Of a DNA stretch of 64,000 nt, positions 41,588 to 56,464 are shown piece after piece. The stretch covers positions 115,072,001 through 115,136,000 of the forward strand of contig OX597823.1 in NCBI GenBank assembly GCA_951406725.2. The letters are read 5' to 3'. The position numbers were made by a program, and so were the translations under genes. Source of the stretch: Octopus vulgaris. Taxonomy: Eukaryota. The notes under the pieces are model-generated. The model made no database searches and was not told where the DNA came from. It was given only the letters and a program-made list of their open reading frames with translations. Positions within the stretch are counted from its first letter, which is position 1. Each line of letters starts with the position of its first letter.

Positions 41588-41792
41588 ATACTACAATTGT
41601 GAATAATTGTATATTAAATTTTGAGATACTAGAATGCGTCATCTCAACTCAGTGTCAGAGCGAGCCAAAGCATGACCAGTACCACGAAATTCAAAGTTTG
41701 AATGAAAGTTTGTGTCACTGATAACCATTCTTCCCTAGAGCAGTGGAAGAATGTTATTTTCTCGGATGAGTCATCCTTATATATATATATAC

Positions 41793-42553
41793 ATAGGGGT
41801 TGGACAAAATAATGGAAGCACCTAACATCATAACATCATAATTTAGGAATATCTATAAAACCGCCAAAAGTTTGTTTATTTTTATGTTTTGATTTATTAT
41901 TAGTGTTCCTTAATATGTTTTGTTAAATTTGTTGTTTCTTTTCATATATCATCAGAAAAAGGTAATTAAAATTCATTAAAATGACAGGTCTATCGGACTT
42001 TCAAAGACATCAAATTGTTGGTGCTCGTATGGCAGGCGCTAGCATAGCGAAAACAGCTGAAATGTTTGGTATATCAAGAAGTACTATCTCGAAAGTAATG
42101 ACAGCTTTTGAGAAAGAGGGAAAAACCTCCTTGTCGAAACAAAATTCCGGAAGAAAACCAAGACTTTCAGGTAGGGACCGTCGAACGCTTACGCAAATTG
42201 TTAGAAAGGATCACAAAAGTACAGCTCACAAAATTACAGCAGAGCTTAATCACTACCTCAGGTATCCAGTTTCCACAAAAATTGTTTGCCGGGAGCTACA
42301 CAAAGCCGGATTTCCTGGGAGGGCTGCAATCAGTGAACCACTACTTTCAAAAACAAACGTTGCAAAGCGTTTAGAGTGGAGTAAAAACCTACAGAATTGA
42401 TCCCTAGAGCAGTGGAAGAATGTTATTTTCTCGGATGAGTCATCCTTTACCTTAATTCCGACCACCAGTCGAGTATACTTGTGGAGACAGCCAAAAGAAA
42501 CATTTGACCCGCACTGCCTTCTCCAACTGTTAAACGTGGAGGACGATCTGTGA
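41793..42553 (+). pseudogene. Tc1-like transposon: left TIR plus 5' half of the transposase (ORF 41981-42400, premature TGA)
   Basis: HTH/paired-like N-terminus and SGRKPRL motif; reads on past the stop as SLEQWKNVIFSDESSF...PTVKRGG; truncated. Confidence 0.93.
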
Positions 42554-42797
42554 CTTTAAATAAAACCCTTGATTCAATAGCACTGTGTAAAAACTCTGTA
42601 CTTGGAATGACCAATTTTAAATACTATAGGATTTTACTCACAAGGTATTGGAATCTTATATGTATACAATTCTGCCTAAATAATGGAACTACAAATACAA
42701 TATCCCTGCATATCTCACATCTATTTTCATTCCTCCACCTCACTCTCTATTTCGTATCTTATCTAAATTAACTATTGCTTGACCATTTTCTCACACC

Positions 42798-42845
42798 GTC
42801 TCCGATGAAGGGATAAAATAAATATACTGGAAACAGCTATAAGAC
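42798..42845 (+). ncRNA. Hammerhead motif, CCGAUGA variant, partly decayed
   Basis: gtct CCGATGA agggata...tatactg GAAA cagcta TA agac. Confidence 0.6.
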
Positions 42846-42900
42846 CTATTAATAAATGTTCTAAAATCTTCACAGCCTTGGTTTTTTATCTCATTCTGAA

Positions 42901-43016
<116 letters not shown>

Positions 43017-43145
43017 TCGACAAAGGAAAGAATTGCACTCAACAAATTTATTGAGAGTTACCTGTATGGAACAAAAGTGGGATTCATATTCATTGGTACT
43101 CTTGAGTTTCAAGCATGATGCTAGTCGTCAGTCAGCCATTTTGAA

Positions 43146-43203
<58 letters not shown>

Positions 43204-43204
43204 T

Positions 43205-43273
<69 letters not shown>

Positions 43274-43637
43274 GATATATATGTATGCGTGTATGTATGT
43301 ATGTATGTATGTATGCATGTATGTATAATAATAAAACGTTCTTGGTACAGTATAGTACATTTGATGGCTTTTGGGTGGATAATTTTTATTTTATTGATAC
43401 TGTTTACAGTTACTCTGAGCTTTTCCATAGCCGTTTCTAACTGAAGTTCTGTGGTTTAGAAGACTGTTTATATACCAAAAGATCTTTTTTCCTAAAAGTA
43501 TACAAATAGAAAATAAAGTAGAAAATAAAGATAGTAAAAAATTAAAATACAAATTTTTTTTTCTTTAATATCTTCGGTTTTGTATTTTCTATTTTTATTT
43601 TTTACTTGTATACTTGTAAGAAAAACTCTTTTGCTAT

Positions 43638-43854
43638 ACGGATGAGAATTAATTCTGTAATGCAGTCATTCTATTGTTCCAGTCCCAAGTTGAATCCCAA
43701 CTGTTGGGCCAGTTTCTCCCCAAGTTCTTATCTCGACGTAAAATTAAGGAAGCGAATGTCATTCATTTCCTGCTTGATCTCTGACGTCATCTGGCAAGCG
43801 CCAACCAAGATGGCGTGAATCAGCCAAACTTTATCTGCTGAAAATAGCCGCTCA
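43638..43854 (+). repeat. ~217-bp repeat, inverted copy at 51239-51454
   Basis: Base-by-base match in reverse complement; contains tgacgtca and aagatggcg. Confidence 0.88.
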
Positions 43855-43874
43855 TTGAAGGACCTTCTAAACTA

Positions 43875-43999
<125 letters not shown>

Positions 44000-44036
44000 A
44001 TATATATATATATATATATACACATATATATATACA

Positions 44037-44438
44037 TATAAACACATAAGAAATTACCATAATAGGACATCTGAATCACTAGAAAGAGCAGTTAAATTCC
44101 AAACCACTAATAGTTGCAATTCTGAAAGGGAATGAGAAATAGGGTAAACGTTTTTATTTCTTATTCCTTTTCGGAATTGCAACTATTAGTGGTTTGGAAT
44201 TTAACTGCTCTTTCTAGTGAGTCAGATGTCCTATTAGGGTCATCTCTTATGTGTTTAAATGTATATTATATATAATTAATTAATAATTCTTAAGGTAACA
44301 AAAAAAATTTTAGAAAAATTATTTGCTAACAGTGGTCTAGCGAGAAGGAAAAATTAGTCAATAGACTATATATTATTCATAGAAGAATAGTGTACATTTA
44401 AACACATAAGAGATGACCATAATAGGACATCTGAGTCA
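44037..44438. repeat. Palindrome with ~105-bp arms and 13-nt loop, plus a third partial copy
   Basis: 44037-44141 pairs with 44155-44258; 44391-44438 repeats the start of the arm. Confidence 0.88.
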
Positions 44439-44519
44439 TGTATATATACATGTATCACCATGCTTGACAGCTAGACCCACAGGTTCTTTTATATACTCTC
44501 GGTTTATTTTCTCGCATTC

Positions 44520-44555
44520 CTTTCTGTTGTAGAGCGCAGGCTCGAAACGTAAAAG
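44520..44555 (+). ncRNA. Degenerate minimal hammerhead motif
   Basis: cttt CTGTTGT a gagc gcag gctc GAAA cg TA aaag; two core substitutions. Confidence 0.5.
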
Positions 44556-44646
44556 ACTTTCTCAGTTTCCCAAGCGTCAAACTAATACACCTGCTTGTTA
44601 TTCATACACCTGTCTTCGTCTTTTGTTTTTCTATAAAGTTTAACTA

Positions 44647-44726
<80 letters not shown>

Positions 44727-45486
44727 AGATAAATAAAAATATATGCATACATACAAACATATATGTACGTACCTACATCTACATGTATATATACATGCAT
44801 ATATAAATAATTATACTGGAGTACAGGACATCACAATAAGACGTAGAAACGGAAAAAGCCAAAAAACAAAAAACAAGAAAACGGAAAACGAAAAACAAGA
44901 AAACGAAAAACAAATACAGGACGAGCTACACAAGGACAAAACCCCCGTCATCAGCTGTCGCTAGAGGAGTCAGGCATGTTTCGAAGGCATAACAGAACAC
45001 TAATCCAATAGGCCTTCCTGCGAGAGAATTAAAATAAAATTCTAAGCAGCGGGGCAAAATGAGTACGAACACAAACAAGACGTAACAATAAGACTGCAAA
45101 ATTAAAATACATGTACAAAAACAAACACAAGAGGACGGACGAAAAAGCCTTTTTTCTGGCATAGACAAACGATAAAACTGCAAAAATAAAAATACATGTA
45201 CAAAAAGTACAATTAGTTACAAAACGAGAAAATAACAAGAATACTATACAGGAAATCAACCACACAAGGGACGAACGAAGAAGCATATATATATATGTAT
45301 ATATATATACATATATATATATAGTGGTCGTATACTGTCTAGTCAACGTGACAGTCCCGTAAGGGAATTACACCACCGTCATTTAGCCCTCGGAAACAAC
45401 GACGTTTCCTGTCGGCTTTGACACATTTTCTGTGTCCTTATATTTGCAAAGGGGAGGCAATTACCCCCGTAAGCCGGGACAAGGCA

Positions 45487-45532
45487 CCTGAAGACGTATG
45501 TTTCTGAGTGTATTGCTCGTCATCAGTCCAGG
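45487..45532 (-). ncRNA. Type-I hammerhead ribozyme motif, canonical core
   Basis: cctgga CTGATGA c gag caataca ctc a GAAA catacg TC ttcagg. Confidence 0.78.
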
Positions 45533-45696
45533 GTATCCAATCTCGCTCGCTGAGATGACTGCAACCTCTCTGCGAATATATCCTATTTTCAGTAAAATTT
45601 ATTTACTGATCACCGAAATTAGAAATATTGAATTTCTAAATGTCTCAGAGAGACATGAGCGGTGGTGGAGCGATATAGTAATCGGATACTGTAGTG

Positions 45697-45949
<253 letters not shown>

Positions 45950-46036
45950 GTCACATATTATTTTACAGATAAATTTCCTCTATTTACATAATATTGAGGT
46001 CTCTTTCTTTCTTTTGTTGTCTTACCGTTTTTCCCA

Positions 46037-46087
<51 letters not shown>

Positions 46088-46154
46088 TGTGTGTGTATAC
46101 ATGCATACATATACATATATATATATATATATATACACATACATATATACATAT

Positions 46155-46207
<53 letters not shown>

Positions 46208-47059
46208 CAGAGAGAGACAGACAGACAGAGAACATATGTAGGTTTATGCATGTGCATACATGTATACGTATATGTAATATATATATACACACATATGGAT
46301 GGATAAATATACATATCGCATGAATGCACACATACATACATGCATACATGCATACATACTTATATAAATACATACTTCCATACATGCATTAATGCACAAA
46401 CACACACTTCTTTCATCTCCGCCTTCCAAACTTGTTACGCGCGCTGGAACGTACCGTGGGACCGAGATAAGGGCGATTAATTTGTGGGAGCAAAATGCAC
46501 TCACATGCACTAACACGCATGCACGCACACATAATGCAAACACATGCACACATTAGTGAACACCCGCACACACGTATAGACTGACGCGAAAATGAAAACC
46601 GGCGAGGGACATAAATGTACAAACACACACACGTACACGCACATACACACACACACACACACACACTTACATGCACCCGCAGCATATTGGCATGCGCAAA
46701 CCATATATGCCGAAACAAGAACTCGTAAGTGTACGCATGCGTATTGACAAAAACACGCACGCACACAGACACACACGCACACACGTGCACACACACACAG
46801 ATATATATATATATATATATACGTATATATGTGGGTATATATACATACATATACATACATACACATATATATATAGACATATATACATATATGATTGATT
46901 GATTGATTCCAGTTTCAGCTTATGAGCTGTGGCCATGCTGGGGCACCGCCATTATATATAATATATATATATATATGTATGTATATATATACATACATAT
47001 ATATATATATAATGTATGTTCACACACACACGCACACACACACGCAGAAGCATAAATAC

Positions 47060-47090
<31 letters not shown>

Positions 47091-47387
47091 TATATGTATA
47101 TATATAGCTGTGTGTGCATGCGCCCATCATGTAGAGAGGTGTGCGCTCACACACGACCACATACATGCATAGAGTGGCAGGCGGCAGCTATTGTGAAAGG
47201 TGCATGCATATTTAATGAGTGGAACAGAGCAAATGTGTTGGCCCCTGTCAACGACAAACTCGCTCGTAGCCCCGGGAGACATTCAAACATTACACGCATT
47301 TAGGACCGGGATTAGAGTCTTTTCAAATATTTATTATTTAAAAACCCTCCAATGACTGACTGTAGGAACATGTTAAAGTATAGGTGG

Positions 47388-48032
<645 letters not shown>

Positions 48033-48373
48033 CATACTTGTTTATATAAGTGTGTGTGTGCATGCATTTGGGCCTGTACATATACAAGCATGTGTGTGTT
48101 CGTGTATGTGTCTATGTTTGAACACACACACACATACATATATATGCATATAGAAGTATATATACATATATATATGCATATATATATATATGTGCATACA
48201 TAAACATATATACATATGCATATATATATATATATACACACACACATATATATATACACATATATATACACATACATGCACACACACACACACATAGTGT
48301 TTTGGTATTCAGACGTAACACTTGCACACATGCCTGTGTACTGCATTTATGACTGTGTGTACATATCTGTATG

Positions 48374-48404
<31 letters not shown>

Positions 48405-48455
48405 CTCCCTCTCTCTGTATATATGTGTATGCGTCCGCGTGTGTGAATGCATATG

Positions 48456-48513
<58 letters not shown>

Positions 48514-49029
48514 TATGCATTTAATGCTTGTTTTATTGCGTGAATGTATTTGTATTATTTGCAGGAAATGGTGGCAATGGTGCCGCCGGTGCCGCCGGTG
48601 CCGTCGGTGCCGTCGGTGGCGTGGCGGTGGTGGTGGTGGTGGTGGTGGTGGTAGAACTGCGGTTGAAGGTTGTTTACGAGACCAGAGCTGCCACTCCTCT
48701 TCTCCGCCCCCTCCCTCTCTTCCAGCCTTAACCCATCAACTGCCCCAACCCCACCCATAACTCCACCCCGTACCTTCCCTTCTTATTTATTTATTTTCCT
48801 GCTGTTGTTGTTGTTGTTGTTGTTGTTCCTATCTGTTTTATCTCAAACTCTTCTCCATAACTTCCCGTCACTCATCCAATCTTTTGTTTTTATAATTTAT
48901 CTTTGTAATGTTCTGTTTTCTATCACCCTTGTGGCAAATAACGAATGATATCATCAACGTCAACACCATCATCATCATCATCATCATCAGAAAGTTGGTT
49001 CGCCGATCAAAACGCACTGCCGCGTTTCG

Positions 49030-49181
49030 TGCGGCATCGCTTTCCGAGTTCTAATCTCGTCGAGGTCGACATCGTCCTTCATCCTTTCGGAAATGATAAC
49101 CTAAATACCAGTCGAGTACTGGGGTCGATGTAATCGACTTGCCCTCCCTTCAGTTGCTAGCCATATGCCAAAATTAGAAAC

Positions 49182-49182
<1 letters not shown>
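49030..49182 (+). mobile_element. Diverged SINE B-related copy
   Basis: gaggtcgacatcgtccttcatcctttcgg...ctggggtcgatgtaatcgact. Confidence 0.7.
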
Positions 49183-49247
<65 letters not shown>

Positions 49248-49251
49248 CGGC

Positions 49252-49301
<50 letters not shown>

Positions 49302-49344
49302 CGGTAGTAGTAGTAGTAGTAGTAGCGGTAGTAGTAGTAGCGGC

Positions 49345-49413
<69 letters not shown>

Positions 49414-49465
49414 GGTGTGGTGGTGGTGGTGGTGGTTGGTGGTAGTAGTGGTGGTGGTGGTGGTG

Positions 49466-49498
<33 letters not shown>

Positions 49499-49519
49499 AC
49501 TGTAGTAGTAATAGTAGTA

Positions 49520-49601
<82 letters not shown>

Positions 49602-49647
49602 AAGTAGTAGTAGTAGTAATAGTAGTAGCAGCAGCAGCAGCAGTAGT
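49182..49647. repeat. (AGT/GGT)n tract
   Basis: Seen directly. Confidence 0.95.
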
Positions 49648-49814
49648 AAGGTTCAAAATCGTTAGAGCGTCAGGAAAATGCTTGGGGTATTGACATTCAC
49701 CGAAGTCAACTTCGCTTTTAACTTCCTCCGGAGTCGATATAATATGCTACCAGTCAAGTACTGGGATCGATTTAATCGATCAACCCTTACTCTTCAGATT
49801 TTACTGGCGTTGTG

Positions 49815-50290
49815 TCGTGCCAACTGGAATCCTGCCAGGTGCTCACCGCCCTGCATCAGTCGGGTGAGGCGAAAAGTAAAATCTTCACTATTTTGAAACC
49901 TTGTGGTCAGTGAGAACGATAACATTCTCAAGGGAGCAAACTAGTCTGCTTCGGGGGACTCTAGGGCCGGTGTTTACTATGGATAATTTCCTGTGATCTA
50001 CGGCCAGTATGTGTTACGAAAGGGGCGCTGCCAATCCGAGATAAAATGTACATGCTCGGAAAGTGCTGCTAGACGAGAGACCGTCCGGTATGCACCCAGA
50101 GCGACGAGACTGTTCTGCACACTCTGACCTAGTCTCCAAGCATTGCCGAGTTATGCCGAACACCTGTTGTCATTCAAAGGACAGACCTGGCTGTCAGCTG
50201 GGAAGATCGTCTCGCCGTTTTTCTTTGGCTGGAATTGACAGGTGGATTTTATCTGTTTGCTGGCGATGGCGAAAGCGGTTGAGTGATGGG
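49815..50290 (+). pseudogene. Tx1/L1-like LINE C-terminal relic
   Basis: ALPIRDKMY and ETVLHTL resemble the zf-RVT region; a related relic lies at 54330-54860. Confidence 0.5.
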
Positions 50291-51238
50291 CAACACAGAA
50301 AGAATTGAAGACGGATATTTTATTTGAGTTACAATATGTGTGGTAAATAATGAGGATTGTCAGCCCAGAAATATGTTTGAGCATTGGTCTCCTGGATCAA
50401 AGCTGGAATGAAGTTAAACAGGATGGTCACCACAGGAATGTCTTTGATCATTAGTCTCTTGTATGAAGACTAAATAATGATGCTGAACAAGAAAATGGAA
50501 GTTTTATTTTTAATAAATAATTACTCGAACAACTTGTCAGTAATTAGCTTAGTCGTCAATATCATTGACGTAATTACTAATTAATCATTAAAACCACCGA
50601 GTTAATTGCTAAATAACACAATATCACAGTCTCTCCTCTTACGCTGCTATAATATTGAGATTGAGAAATGGTTGTAGGAACTCTTAGATTCCATCCGCTG
50701 CCTTACAACTCATCCAGACATGCTTCAAATATCTTTGGAACCAGCATGAATGTTACCACATCATACGACACCTTCTTATTCAGTAATGTCTACTTGGCTG
50801 AAATTTCACATCTATTAAATTCATATCTGGTTAGAAGTATGTATTGACATATCTGATTTTATTGAGAAGTGAATGAATCTCACCACATCTCATTCCTTTC
50901 TCAGCTCGCTATTAGATCTGAAATTTCTCCTTTATATGGAGAAAAGGTTCAACAATATTTTCAAACAATGTTTTCAATAATGATTTGTCGAATGAGTAAA
51001 GTTCATGACCCGGTTTTGATTCCTGCCAGACACCAGATCCTTTCACTCACTCTTCATTGAGAAAGTTGTGAATCGTCTTACTTATTATTATTATAAAAGT
51101 GAAATTATGTCTGTCCGTCTGGGACAGCCTGTATCTCAGTTTACATTTCCTCTACGTAGACGTATTATACCTTTTTGGTATCAGGATAATCCCGGGCTTG
51201 AAAATCTGCCCTTCATTTGGTTCTTGAACATCCAGCAC

Positions 51239-51454
51239 TGAGCGGCTATTTTCAGCAGATAAAGCTTGGCTGATTCACGCCATCTTGGTTGGCGTTTGCC
51301 AGATGACGTCAGAGATCAAGCAGGAAATGAATGACATTCACTTCATTAATTTTATGTCAAGATAAGAACTTGGGGACAAATTGGCCAACAGTTGGAATTC
51401 AACTTGGGACTGGAACAATAGAATGACTGCATTACAGAATTAATTCTCATCCGT
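51239..51454 (-). repeat. Inverted copy of 43638-43854
   Basis: Direct comparison. Confidence 0.88.
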
Positions 51455-51725
51455 CCTTAACCTCTGATCAAACACCACCAGGGCATATAGTCATTATAGG
51501 CGTATTATAATCATGCTATTTAGTTCTCTATAGTTTGGGGCCGCAGGTTCAATTAGCCCTCCACAGGCGTTAATTTAAAAGTCCGCACGAGCTGCAGCTT
51601 TTAAGCTAGTCTTTTATAAAATTACGATTACTCAATACCAAGCGAAAGAGAATACAAATGAACAGGTCTTAGTGTAATCTCATGGAAGACAATGAACCAA
51701 ACTTTCGATAGAATTTCGACTTTCA

Positions 51726-51906
51726 GGCGGTGAGCTGGCAGAAACGTTAGTTCAAATTCTGCTGAGATCGACTTTGCCTTTCATCCTTTCGGAATTGATA
51801 AATTAAGTACCAGTTACGCACTGGGTCGATGTAATCGACTTAATCCCTTTGTCTGCCCTTGTTTGTCCCCTCTATGTTTAGCCCCTTGTGGGCAATAAAG
51901 AAATAG
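51726..51906 (+). mobile_element. SINE family B, single unit with internal deletion and 15-bp TSD
   Basis: gaatttcgactttca at 51711-51725 vs gaatttcgactctca at 51907-51921. Confidence 0.9.
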
Positions 51907-53160
51907 GAATTTCGACTCTCAGATGGAAATGTTTTATTTTAGAAACTTCATCAAAGTTCTAATTAAAGTGAAAATTACCAGTTTTTTCATTGCAACACTT
52001 TTACAATACAGAATATTTGTTCTTAGTCGGACATAACATTGTCTTGTTTTCTCTATTTTTGCCTCTACGAGACTTTCCAGTATTCCTTACAGCCTCTGTT
52101 TATAATAATTATCTCTCTGCAGCATATCTCACAGTTTTTGTTATAAATATATACTATATACGGTTCACAGATGTATTTCCTAAACACAGTCATTATTTTC
52201 CAGTGGTTTTTTTGTGTCTACCAGAAAAACTCATGCTGGATTACACAATTTCCAGTTGAGAATATGAATATACTAAGTATCTGGACCAGCTGTATTATTA
52301 TCTACTATCTGGTATTTAGTATTTTGTTCACTTATATATTCACCAGCGAAATCATTTCCTTCCCTAAACTTTTCCTTCAGTTGTTCGTGTTTCATTCTGG
52401 TTACTTCTGAGATGGTTATTTCTAGATTTGTTCTTTGGTACAATCTCTCCAATCGTTCTTCCTCTGTTAAGCAACAGAACAATAGCTTTTAGAGTTTGTT
52501 TTCCCTTCAACATGGCTTTATCTATCCATTTTCGTTTTTTTTTCTTTTTTGGTTCTGTTCCCTTTGAATCAAGCAGATTGGAGGTCGTACCTTTACTAGC
52601 GACAAACAAACACACACTCTCTGAGCTCTCCTCATCCTATATTGTTTGGCCTGTTGCTTAATGAATTAATTAGAATGCTTCATCCCTTTTAATATTTCCC
52701 TTCTAACAGGAAAGAGGTATATTAGCGGCTTATTTTGGGGAGGAAGAGTAACCCCGTTCCGATTACCATTTTCAGGGCTTCCAAGTCTAGTGGGAGCAAA
52801 AGTTCTTAGAGCTTAGATTGGAAAACTGCAGTTTGCAACTGAAAGTTTACAAGAGACTAAACTTCGCTAAAATTACTAAAGAACAAACTAGAGATATGAA
52901 ACCAGATGACGGATTAAGTGTGCAACCAAATTATAGTCTTTTGTCTCCATCTCGGCAGTATTATCCCATTTACTGATTGCAGTCTTTAATCTACATGTGT
53001 TTAATTCGTACCACATTACTCATGTCTAATGCTTAAAGAATTTAGGATTAAGTGCAAAAGAATCATGGTAGAGTTTGATTAACAATGCCATCATTAAATT
53101 CTTTTTCCTTTTTACTTTTTCTTTTTTTTTTGTCATCTTTTGCAGTTTTCGTTAACATAG

Positions 53161-53323
53161 GCGCAGGAGTGGCTGTGTGGTAAGTATTTTGCTTACCAAC
53201 CACATGGTTCCGGGTTCATTCCCACTACGAGGCACCTTGGGCAAGTGTCTTCTACTATAGATCAGGCCGACCAAAGCCTTGTGAGTGGATTTGGTAGACG
53301 GAAACTGAAAGAAGCCCATCGTA

Positions 53324-53366
<43 letters not shown>

Positions 53367-53574
53367 ATATGTTTGTATGTCTGTGTTTGTCCCCGCAACA
53401 TCGCTTGACAATCGATGGTGGTGTGTTTACGTCCCCGTAACTTAGCGGTTCGGCAAAAGAGACCGATAGAATAAGTACTAGGCTTACAAAGGATAAGTCC
53501 TGGGGTCGATTTGCTCTACTAAAGGCGGTGCTCCAGCATGACCGCAGGCAAATGACTGAATCAAGTAAAGAGAG
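53161..53574 (+). mobile_element. SINE family A, full length
   Basis: From ggcgcaggagtggctgtgtggtaag to aagtaaagagag. Confidence 0.92.
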
Positions 53575-54329
53575 TTTGTTTAGTTTTTACACAGTTTTTA
53601 AATACTTTGCGATGTTTGCGAGATCATCATAACAGTAAGCAATCAGGAACGGAAATGTCTGATTGGCATCAGAATGATGTGAAAAAGTTGTATTAGATGA
53701 GACATCTAATACAACGTCGGATTACCACGCACACATAAGTTGTACAGTTGTGTATTTAAGGTACATCATGTTGGTGATGACCATTACGTAATAAACCATT
53801 TTCTATGACTAATTATCACAGAGTAAAACTATGCAAAATGCAACGGCTCTGTTAGGAATCAAACCCAAACTTTGTTCTGCTACTCTCTTAGAGATCTCGC
53901 ACAACAGAATACTAACAATGATAAAAGAGAAACTGTGAATGTTCAGTATATTCAAAGATGATAGACATTTGTATTAATGAGAGCTACTGCCCCAAATTCT
54001 AGGTAATTGTGTCTTATTTTTGTCAATTAACTTATTTCAATTACTGAACTGCAATCAAGCTGGGTCACGTCTTGGAGGATTTTACTAGAACGAATCGCTG
54101 CCCGGTACTTGCTTTTTGAAATCTGATACTTATTCTAAAGTCTCTTTTACTAAATTGCTAATTTGAGGATGTAAAGAAATCAACACCGGTTGTCAAGTGA
54201 TGGAAGTGCAAACAAATAATGGTAGCAGTAATCAGGATCTTGTTATTGTTGTTGTTGCTGTTACTGTTGTATTTATTGCTATTATTATTAGAAAACTTTA
54301 AAAGCAGATTCAGAAAGCATTACTGTCAC

Positions 54330-54860
54330 CTGGAATGTCATCAGGCCATCACTGCTCACAAGTAGTTGGGCAACTTGGTTGGTGAGAATTCTGCTTTAGC
54401 AATATATAGAAAGAATGAGTGGCGTGTAAGAGCGATGGCGTATCTCAGGATAACTCTTCTATAAGAATAATCGAACTGGGCTCTTTCGGAACTTTCAGAA
54501 CGGGGACTACTATGGATAGCTTCTATAAATCCTGATCCTGGTAGTGCTACGGAAAGCTGTTATTGATTCGAAATCAATCCTTCACACATGGGAAGTAAGC
54601 CGTGTGGGACTGTCATGGATGGGCGCGAAGCAATGAAATAGTTATGTACGCACTCGAGCAATATATCCAGGCATTGCTGACTTGTGAAGTTATGTCAAAC
54701 AGTTGAGATTACCCGTAGGACGAATATGGTTTTCGACTAAATTCATCTTCAGAGCAGGGTTGATCCTCTGTCTAGTGGCTACGGCAAAAGAAGCTGTGTG
54801 GTGGAAGAGCCATTAATGATCGAGGACAGACACCTTCCTCTTCGGTCAAACCCTCTTCGA
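54330..54860 (+). pseudogene. Tx1/L1-like LINE relic
   Basis: Similar to 49815-50290 (tactatggata...gtgctacggaaag...). Confidence 0.45.
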
Positions 54861-55054
54861 GTTTTTTTTTTTGTCAAAAGACTGTTGACTGTGACAAAAA
54901 TATTTTTTTACCTTTTTTCCACCACTTTCTTCTTTTTTTTAACCTTTTTTTTTTCTTTTCACTATCTTTGTAATGTCCCCTTTCATTCAACACCTTCCAG
55001 AAAAAGTGTTGTTGTTGCTATTATTATTATTATCCTTATTATTATTATTATTAT

Positions 55055-55125
<71 letters not shown>

Positions 55126-55564
55126 TGTCATACTTAACGCAAATATACTGTTGAAAACCAGAATACTGCAGTATTCGTTTTCAACATGAATAGGGTTTAA
55201 AATTCTTTCATTAAAATTATGTATGAAAAAGTGAAAAAAAAAAATAATAATATTGCAAGTGTGAAGAGTCAAATGTCTCAGACTAATACCAAATACTAGC
55301 ATTTATTCCTGAATTTGACAAATACTTATCCAATATTTGTCATATTGATGTCAGCTTTAGATAGTATGTTGTTACTAATCACATTAATTACTTACTAATT
55401 TTGACTTAATTTGACAGAGGAAAGAAACTTTAATCCATCTTGTAAGAGTTTGTTCACGTGGCCTAAACAGTCGCTGATGTTTCACTTCAGATGTATTCGT
55501 TTGTTTTATGTCTTTGTTGTTTTTTTCTGTATTTTTTCTGGCATACAAGTTGACATAGTATATA

Positions 55565-55812
55565 GTACAGTTCTATATTTAAGACATGAGGAATTATATA
55601 AATTGTCTACATATGACGGATATTTCTCCTCATATTGTTTGTTGTTAACACAACATTTTGGCTGATATACACTCCAGCCTTCATCAGGTGTCTTGGGTTC
55701 TCATTCCTAAGATATTATTATTATTATTCAGGTCACTGCCTGGAATCGAACTCGGAATCTTGTGGTTAGTATCCCGCGCTCTTAACCACTAAGCCATATG
55801 CTCGTGGATATA
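55565..55812 (-). mobile_element. PLE 3' terminal repeat (family D): tRNA-like unit, (AAT)n, hammerhead
   Basis: Minus strand: tggcttagtggttaagagcgcggg...gagttcgattcc, then aataataat, then gacac CTGATGA a ggctg...cagcc AAAA tg TT gtgtt (55647-55692). Confidence 0.8.
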
Positions 55813-55854
55813 TGCTCCAATGCTCCAATTATGGAGTGAATTTTAGGGCTTATA

Positions 55855-56306
55855 AATCTAATATTCTCCTATCCTTCCTTAATACCGGTTCCCATATACT
55901 ATTCATATCTGCACTCACTCTGCCTAAGAGGTTGTTGTGTCCTAGCATACGTGCTGCTTCTTTTAGTTTTCGTATTTCCCAGTGGTGTTCTCTGTCTATT
56001 ATTTTAACTTCATCCCACAGGAGGAGGTGGCCTCCATTTTTCCATATATGATCAGCTATATATCAATATCTCCTCATGTCACAGCTTTGCGATGTTCGTC
56101 TACTCTTATTTTGAGGTGTCGGCATTTTTCGCCTTTGTATGACCTACTAGAGCTGCATGGGATGGGGTACACGCAGTTAGTCATATTCTCTTCTATTTGC
56201 GAAGTATTGTATTACTCTTGAATATTGTCCTGATGTCATATGGGACGCATATCTGTTATATCTTTTCGGAGAGGCCTTTCACATAAGATAGACAGACTAT
56301 GGACAG
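55855..56306 (-). pseudogene. Penelope-like element GIY-YIG endonuclease relic
   Basis: LSYVKGLSEKI*QIC.PYDIRTIFKSN...CVYPIPCS.SRSYKGEKCRHLKIRVDEHRKAV...IADHIWKNGGH.LLWDEVKIIDREHHWEIRKLKEA. Confidence 0.88.
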
Positions 56307-56321
56307 TTTATTGGTTTCATC

Positions 56322-56381
56322 CACGGGCATATGGCGCAGGCTACTAACCCCAAGATTCCGAGTTCGATTCCAGGCAATGAA

Positions 56382-56464
<83 letters not shown>

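Noticed and set aside
41981-42400. Active transposase gene
   Set aside because: Premature stop before the first catalytic Asp and truncation at ~42553.
48555-48700. Possible exon after tttgcag
   Set aside because: Followed by low-complexity GCC/GGT repeats, with no recognisable product or partner exons.
50640-52700. Very old LINE and pogo-like coding relics (also 2800-3165, 11960-12240 and 33000-33480)
   Set aside because: Only faint motif resemblance; cannot be assigned without a profile search.
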